NCBI GenBank assembly: GCA_050250255.1
Contig: JBFWOZ010000064.1
Coordinates: 1 to 12,928, forward strand
From: Bdellovibrionales bacterium
Lineage (GTDB): Bacteria > Bdellovibrionota > Bdellovibrionia > Bdellovibrionales > DASUEL01
DNA length: 12,928 nt
Direction: 5' to 3'
Shown here: positions 8,748-12,928 of the stretch, one piece after another
How the letters are laid out: each line of letters begins with the position of its first letter
Position numbering within the stretch: the first letter of the stretch is position 1
The notes under the pieces: model-generated
What the model was told of the DNA's origin: nothing
Database searches by the model: none
Seen by the model: the letters and a program-made list of their open reading frames with translations, nothing else
Program-made: the position numbers and the translations under genes

Positions 8748-9517
8748 TCTCCGCGCTTGGTCAACAACTGATTTATAGTTCCACGGCGGCCCTCGAATTT
8801 ATAGAGCTATGTAGGCAGAGTGTATACAGCCTTTTCACCACAAAACTGAGACTCGATTCCTGCATGAAACAGTTTTATTTTGTGGCCAATCAGAGCGCTC
8901 CTATCGTGGCCTTTTGCGTCTGCTTTGCATCTATTGTTACGATTATTGAAGCAGTTTATCACATGCAAATAGTGATTGGTGATGTGTCGATGGTACCAGG
9001 ATTTGCGTCGCTATTTATTCTTCGTGAAATGGGAGTCGCAATTGCTTGTTTGCTTGTGACTTCGCGAGTGGGTGCGGGGATCGCGGCCGAACTCGGTTCG
9101 ATGACGGTGACGGAGCAAATTGATGCATTGAAAATGTTAGGGATTGATCCGATACAATTCTTAGTCGTTCCACGTCTTGTCGCCTGCGTTTTGGGCTGTG
9201 CTCTTTTAAGTATTCTTGCGAATGGCCTCTGCTTGCTCGGTGCCGCGCTGGTGAGTCAACATTTAATTGGGTACACGGTTGGGGAGTTTCTTGTAGCCAT
9301 GAGACGGTTTGTGGAATTCAAAGATATTCTCTTTCCTATTCTGAAAGGCGCAGCCTTCGGTGCAGCCATTCCACTCATTGCCTGTTATTTTGGATTGAAA
9401 TGTAAATCGGGTGCGGAGGGAGTGGGGCAAGCAACCACAAACAGTGTGGTGACGGCCTCGGTCGCAATTATTATTTTAGATTTTATTTTGGGTTATATTC
9501 TGTCACACTTTTACTAG
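8744..9517 (+). CDS. mlaE: MlaE/YrbE-family permease, copy 2
   Basis: REMG...RVGAGIAAELGSMTVTEQIDALKMLGIDP and GAEGVGQATTNSVV motifs; ATGA overlap at 8744-8747. Confidence 0.93.
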   Translation: MISALGQQLIYSSTAALEFIELCRQSVYSLFTTKLRLDSCMKQFYFVANQSAPIVAFCVCFASIVTIIEAVYHMQIVIGDVSMVPGFASLFILREMGVAIACLLVTSRVGAGIAAELGSMTVTEQIDALKMLGIDPIQFLVVPRLVACVLGCALLSILANGLCLLGAALVSQHLIGYTVGEFLVAMRRFVEFKDILFPILKGAAFGAAIPLIACYFGLKCKSGAEGVGQATTNSVVTASVAIIILDFILGYILSHFY

Positions 9518-9526
9518 AGGAAAGCG

Positions 9527-10309
9527 TTGTTTATGAAAGTCGAAACCAAAGTAGGTTTGCTATTTGTCGCTGCAATTTTAATTGTTCTTGGTTTTGCCTA
9601 TTTGATTGGCGCGCTCAACCCTTTCTCTAACTCACACACACTTTATGTGACTTACAACTACGCAGGTGGGATTGAGGTCGGCTCATCGGTTCGTGTGATG
9701 GGAATTAAAGTGGGTAAAGTCGAATCCATCATGTTTGATCCGACGATGAAGGACCTCAACGGAGAAGAAGTCAAATTGCAGCTTAAAATTTCGATTTCGA
9801 AAAAAGCGTGGAGTTCTATTCGTCAAGACAGCAAATTTTTTATCAATATTGCTGGTCTGATTGGAGAGAAGTTTTTAGAAATTTCTCCGGGCAGCACTTC
9901 TCTTCCTGAGTTGAATGCTGGCCAAACTGTTCGTGGTGAGGATCCTCCTCGAGTGGACCAGTTGTTGTCACAAGGCTATGGGCTAGCAGGAAAGATCCTC
10001 GAGTTTGTAGAAAAGAACGAAGGCGGAGTGACTCGCACGCTCGAAACCATGGATAAACTCGTCTCCAATCTGAATAGAACTCTCGTGCAGATGGATAAAA
10101 CGACCAAAAATGTGGAAATCAACCGCATCTTGAAGAATATAGATCAAATCACCGGTGATATGGCCCACGTAACCTCTAAAGTACGCACTCCAGAAGGTGA
10201 AAAAACACTCGGACTTCTACACAACCTCATTTGGCGACTGGAACCAATGGATGCCAAGGCCATTAAAAAGTTTTTGCAGGATGATGGAATTCGCGCGAAA
10301 CTTTTCTAA
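9527..10309 (+). CDS. mlaD: MCE-domain protein (MlaD-like) with extended C-terminal helical region
   Basis: N-terminal 'ETKVGL' plus TM helix; MCE motifs AGGIEVGSSVRVMGIKVGKV and GLIGEKFLEISPG; about 120-aa amphipathic helical tail. Start TTG 9527 or ATG 9533. Confidence 0.9.
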   Translation: MFMKVETKVGLLFVAAILIVLGFAYLIGALNPFSNSHTLYVTYNYAGGIEVGSSVRVMGIKVGKVESIMFDPTMKDLNGEEVKLQLKISISKKAWSSIRQDSKFFINIAGLIGEKFLEISPGSTSLPELNAGQTVRGEDPPRVDQLLSQGYGLAGKILEFVEKNEGGVTRTLETMDKLVSNLNRTLVQMDKTTKNVEINRILKNIDQITGDMAHVTSKVRTPEGEKTLGLLHNLIWRLEPMDAKAIKKFLQDDGIRAKLF

Positions 10310-10318
10310 GGGGGATCC

Positions 10319-10918
10319 ATGAAATCCATTTTGAGCGTGATTTTACTTTTCGCTTTCTGTTCGCCGGTGCAAGCGTCTCTCTTTGTCAGAAACGGCCAGC
10401 GTAAAGAGGTGCAAACCTCGCAGACCAAACAAGCTTCCGATGGTTATGGCCTTCGTAAAACTCGCAGAGTGGGCGTTGGTGTGAGCGGTGCCGGTCCTTT
10501 AGGACTTGCAGGAGCTAACTTGGAACTCAACATCACTCCTAAGTGGAGTCTCATGGCGGGTTATGGAACGGGCGTTCATTATCAATCCTACACCTTTCAA
10601 GCAAAACGCGTACTCGCTGGAGAATATCTTCTTCCTTATATGGCGGCAGGAGTTTCGCGTTGGTACACTACGGCTCCGGGGCACGGCAAAATTGATAACA
10701 TTCAGCCTGCGTTCCTCGACAGATTTATGAGTGCCGACGAAAAAGCATCAGGAGAGTTCTCCGAACTTCTTCTTTACCCTGCATTTGGTCTTCAATATGT
10801 CCAATTAGATGGAAGTTGGGCAGGCTATTCGATGTTTGTCGAAGTCCTCCTCCTTTTAGATATTGAGGAGTTTGAGACTGCGCCGACGGCCACCGTAGGC
10901 TTTCTCTACTACTTCTAA
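10319..10918 (+). CDS. Small outer-membrane beta-barrel protein (probably 8-stranded)
   Basis: Signal peptide ending VQA; alternating strands VGVGVS, ANLELN, SLMAGYG, PYMAAGVS, FGLQY, MFVEV; BAM-type C-terminus VGFLYYF; 9-nt gap after mlaD. Confidence 0.75.
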   Translation: MKSILSVILLFAFCSPVQASLFVRNGQRKEVQTSQTKQASDGYGLRKTRRVGVGVSGAGPLGLAGANLELNITPKWSLMAGYGTGVHYQSYTFQAKRVLAGEYLLPYMAAGVSRWYTTAPGHGKIDNIQPAFLDRFMSADEKASGEFSELLLYPAFGLQYVQLDGSWAGYSMFVEVLLLLDIEEFETAPTATVGFLYYF

Positions 10919-11028
10919 GGTTTAAAAGCCTCGTATCTGGCATTTTTTCAGCTGCTTTTCTCCGTGAAATGCGCGTCTTGACAGCAAAGCTCACTTTTAG
11001 TCAATTGCACCCTTATTGGGGGTTTTTT

Positions 11029-11316
11029 ATGAAAAGTCTTGTTTTAGCTCTAACGCTATTCTCATCGACAGTATCTGCAGAAATCATTTATCGCAGTTCC
11101 ACTGAGGCGGTTGTAGCCATACCCGCTCGTCGTTACGTCAACATGTCCGAATATCCGGCCTACGTTGCGAAGTGTGTAGGGGAGTTCAATGTTGAACGCG
11201 CCAAGCTTGTGAATCTCGGATTCACGATTGTTCACGAAGTAGAATGTCGTTATGTGAATCATCCCCACTCGTACGGAATCGCTGGGGCCTATGGAGAAAT
11301 CTTCTTCCTAAGATAA
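11029..11316 (+). CDS. Small secreted hypothetical protein (95 aa)
   Basis: ATG at 11029 after a GGGGG RBS gives a clean signal peptide MKSLVLALTLFSSTVSA; two Cys; followed by a terminator. Confidence 0.75.
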   Translation: MKSLVLALTLFSSTVSAEIIYRSSTEAVVAIPARRYVNMSEYPAYVAKCVGEFNVERAKLVNLGFTIVHEVECRYVNHPHSYGIAGAYGEIFFLR

Positions 11317-11325
11317 AATTTAGGT

Positions 11326-11357
11326 AAAAAAAAGCCTCCATTAACTGGAGGCTTTTT
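11326..11357. terminator. Bidirectional intrinsic terminator
   Basis: A8-GCCTCCA-ttaac-TGGAGGC-T5; perfect 7-bp stem between convergent stops at 11316 (+) and 11380 (-). Confidence 0.92.
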
Positions 11358-11379
11358 AATTTAAATCAAAAGCTGAAAA

Positions 11380-11460
11380 CTATCGGCGCGCTTTTTTGCG
11401 AGTCGCTTTTTTCTTTGTAGTCTTCTTAGCTTTTTTTCTAGTAGCTTTCTTCTTAGCCAT
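11380..11460 (-). CDS. 26-aa highly basic histone-H1/protamine-like peptide MAKKKATRKKAKKTTKKKATRKKARR (absent from the ORF track)
   Basis: Manual translation ATG(11460) to TAG(11380). RBS AGGAGG 7 nt upstream; own promoter upstream and U8 terminator downstream; repeat units differ at synonymous codon positions. Confidence 0.85.
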   Translation of the reverse strand: MAKKKATRKKAKKTTKKKATRKKARR

Positions 11461-11505
11461 GATCTCTCCTCCTAGGATGAGTTGAACAACCTGTTGCTTA
11501 ATCTA

Positions 11506-11533
11506 AGTGTATAAAAGCAACTCTCACCGTCAA
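11506..11533 (-). promoter_or_regulatory. Putative strong sigma70 promoter for the 26-aa peptide gene
   Basis: Minus strand TTGACG (11533-11528), 16-nt spacer, TACACT (11511-11506), preceded by an A/T tract resembling an UP element (11537-11563). Confidence 0.65.
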
Positions 11534-11562
11534 CTCTTTTTTTATTTAATTAAATCATTTTT

Positions 11563-11578
11563 TGGAATTCTGATTGCA
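11563..11578 (+). promoter_or_regulatory. Putative sigma54 (-24/-12) promoter for the tadB-like operon
   Basis: TGGAATTCTGATTGCA = GG-N10-GC with TTGCA -12 box (consensus TGGCACG-N4-TTGCW); implied start near 11589-11590, just before the GGAGGAG RBS. Confidence 0.5.
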
Positions 11579-11601
11579 AAACATCTCTTTCGGAGGAGTT
11601 T

Positions 11602-12345
11602 TTGACGTCTTTTTTTGTTTTTGCTGCAGTTTTGGTTGGATTTCGTGTCGATATTCGGATGATTGAGCACCTTTTCAACTCAAAAATCGTTCACAAAAGC
11701 ACAACAACACTTTTGAAACGCAGTTTTTTCTGCATTTATTTTGCGTTGATCCTCTTTTTTGTCAAAAAACCGACGCTTCTATGGTCAGTAGTGCTGTTTT
11801 TAAAGATTTTTTTGCTCTTATTCGAAAAAATCTTGAAGAAATATCGAGAAAATAAATTTCACACACACCTTCTTCTGTTTGTTGATCGTGTGATTCTAAA
11901 TGTGCAAGCTGGAAAATCATTTCGACATGCATTGGAGCGCGCACATGCTGTGAGTGATGTTTTTACGCAACAAAGAATGCGTAAGCTGATTGAATCTGTG
12001 TGTTTTGCGCAACAAATACGCGAAGAAACTCTTCAAAGTGACTTTTTAATTTCTGAATTACGGCAAATTGATCAGAATCCTCACAAAACATTACAAAGAT
12101 TAGAGCAATTACGTCGGCAATTAAAAATTGAGTCCGAGTTTCGACAAAAGTCTGCACAAGTATCGTTTCGGTTTCGGACTCAGTCCTACATCATGTGTGC
12201 TTTGTATTTTGCACTTTTCGTTTTTGTTTTGCGTGTTTGTGACCTGTCACGCACCTGGCCCATGCTTTTAGCATCCATCGTGTTTTTTCTCACAGGCGTT
12301 CTGTGGGTCTTTGTCAGTGGAAGGAGAATCAAATGGAAAGTTTAG
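11602..12345 (+). CDS. Divergent TadB-like / type II secretion F-family inner-membrane protein
   Basis: TTG start with GGAGG RBS. Two TM helices, then 'F...L..FVDRVILNVQAGKSFRHALE' (T2SSF-like start), a helical region, and a C-terminal TM pair ending in basic residues. Confidence 0.65.
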   Translation: MTSFFVFAAVLVGFRVDIRMIEHLFNSKIVHKSTTTLLKRSFFCIYFALILFFVKKPTLLWSVVLFLKIFLLLFEKILKKYRENKFHTHLLLFVDRVILNVQAGKSFRHALERAHAVSDVFTQQRMRKLIESVCFAQQIREETLQSDFLISELRQIDQNPHKTLQRLEQLRRQLKIESEFRQKSAQVSFRFRTQSYIMCALYFALFVFVLRVCDLSRTWPMLLASIVFFLTGVLWVFVSGRRIKWKV

Positions 12346-12737
12346 CGCCTCCATTGAGGTTGGTACTCGCGATGAGACGATCTGTAGAGAGTGGAGAATC
12401 TGTCGCCTCAGCGACGAGAAAGTATCTGCAGCTTCCTGCTGATGAATTAACTCCATTCGTTACTCAGTGTCTGCTGCATAAAAAAGTGGATGGTTCACTA
12501 AGCCCATGTCGTGAGGCTGTCTTAACCGTCATGCAATCTGGACTAGATGGGCAGCCAATTCTACCGGCACTAATGAGGCTGGAACAAGAAATCATCGAGC
12601 AGTGTCAGTTAGAGATGCAAACGACACTGGATCGGATTCCCTTTCAGCTGCTGTGGCCTATGCTTCTCTTGCAATTTCCCGCCTATCTACTGCTTCTCAT
12701 CGGTCCACTCATGGAAGCGCTTTTAGGAGGTTTGTAA
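12333..12737 (+). CDS. Short TadC-like / T2SSF-like protein (134 aa)
   Basis: ATG 12333 with AGGAG RBS, overlapping the previous stop. 'SVESGESV', 'GLDGQPILPALMRLEQE' and TadC-like terminal TM 'LLWPMLLLQFPAYLLLLIGP'. Confidence 0.6.
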   Translation: MESLAPPLRLVLAMRRSVESGESVASATRKYLQLPADELTPFVTQCLLHKKVDGSLSPCREAVLTVMQSGLDGQPILPALMRLEQEIIEQCQLEMQTTLDRIPFQLLWPMLLLQFPAYLLLLIGPLMEALLGGL

Positions 12738-12928
12738 TGGGGTGGTTTTATTTGATGATTTTTGCATGGCAAGTCTCTGCCAATGTGAGCTCCTTCTCTG
12801 CTGATCAAGAAAAGGCGCGTGCACTTATGCACTCCAAATCAACTACGGAGATGTTGAAGCGACTTCATGCTGCAGAAGAGCTGGCGTGGACAGAGAGTCT
12901 TTGTCGAAGTCAGTTGGAAAGTAAATCC
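12737..12928 (+). CDS. Hypothetical exported protein, 3'-truncated (absent from the ORF track)
   Basis: TAATG stop/start overlap, AGGAGG at 12725-12730; frame open to the window end: MGWFYLMIFAWQVSANVSSFSADQEKARALMHSKS... Confidence 0.7.
   Translation, partial: MGWFYLMIFAWQVSANVSSFSADQEKARALMHSKSTTEMLKRLHAAEELAWTESLCRSQLESKS

Noticed and set aside
10969..11028. Longer start for the 95-aa orphan
   Set aside because: ATG 11029 has an RBS and yields a canonical signal peptide; the extension covers promoter-like sequence.
11380..11460. Non-coding T-rich microsatellite or CRISPR-like repeat
   Set aside because: Variation between the repeat cores is synonymous, full translation signals are present, and there is no repeat-spacer structure.
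8029..12456. Nested 60-90 aa ORFs within mlaE, mlaD, the barrel, the 95-aa orphan and tad-like genes
   Set aside because: Overlap coherent CDSs and lack independent coding evidence.
1..12928. tRNA, rRNA, CRISPR array, transposase, integrase or attC sites
   Set aside because: None recognisable by eye; intergenic spaces are short and explained by promoters and terminators.

Overview
Bacterial chromosomal window, most consistent with a Bdellovibrionota-like predator (inferred from a DUF4423/TIGR02147-type gene, signal-peptide orphans and divergent Tad-type genes). Left to right: the 3' end of a DUF4423-type gene coupled to a secreted HEXXH protein; a stand-alone secreted orphan between twin terminators; a minus-strand TCA operon icd-mdh-sucC-sucD; a divergent MCE/Mla lipid-transport operon (two ATPases, two MlaE permeases, an MlaD with a long helical tail, a small outer-membrane beta-barrel); a small secreted orphan; an unannotated 26-aa K/R/A/T peptide gene with its own promoter, RBS and terminator; and a tadB/tadC-like operon behind a sigma54-type promoter. 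Two signals stand out. (1) The two MlaF ATPases carry complementary catalytic substitutions that together predict a heterodimer with one consensus and one degenerate ATP site. (2) The histone-H1/protamine-like micro-peptide is missed by the ORF track.
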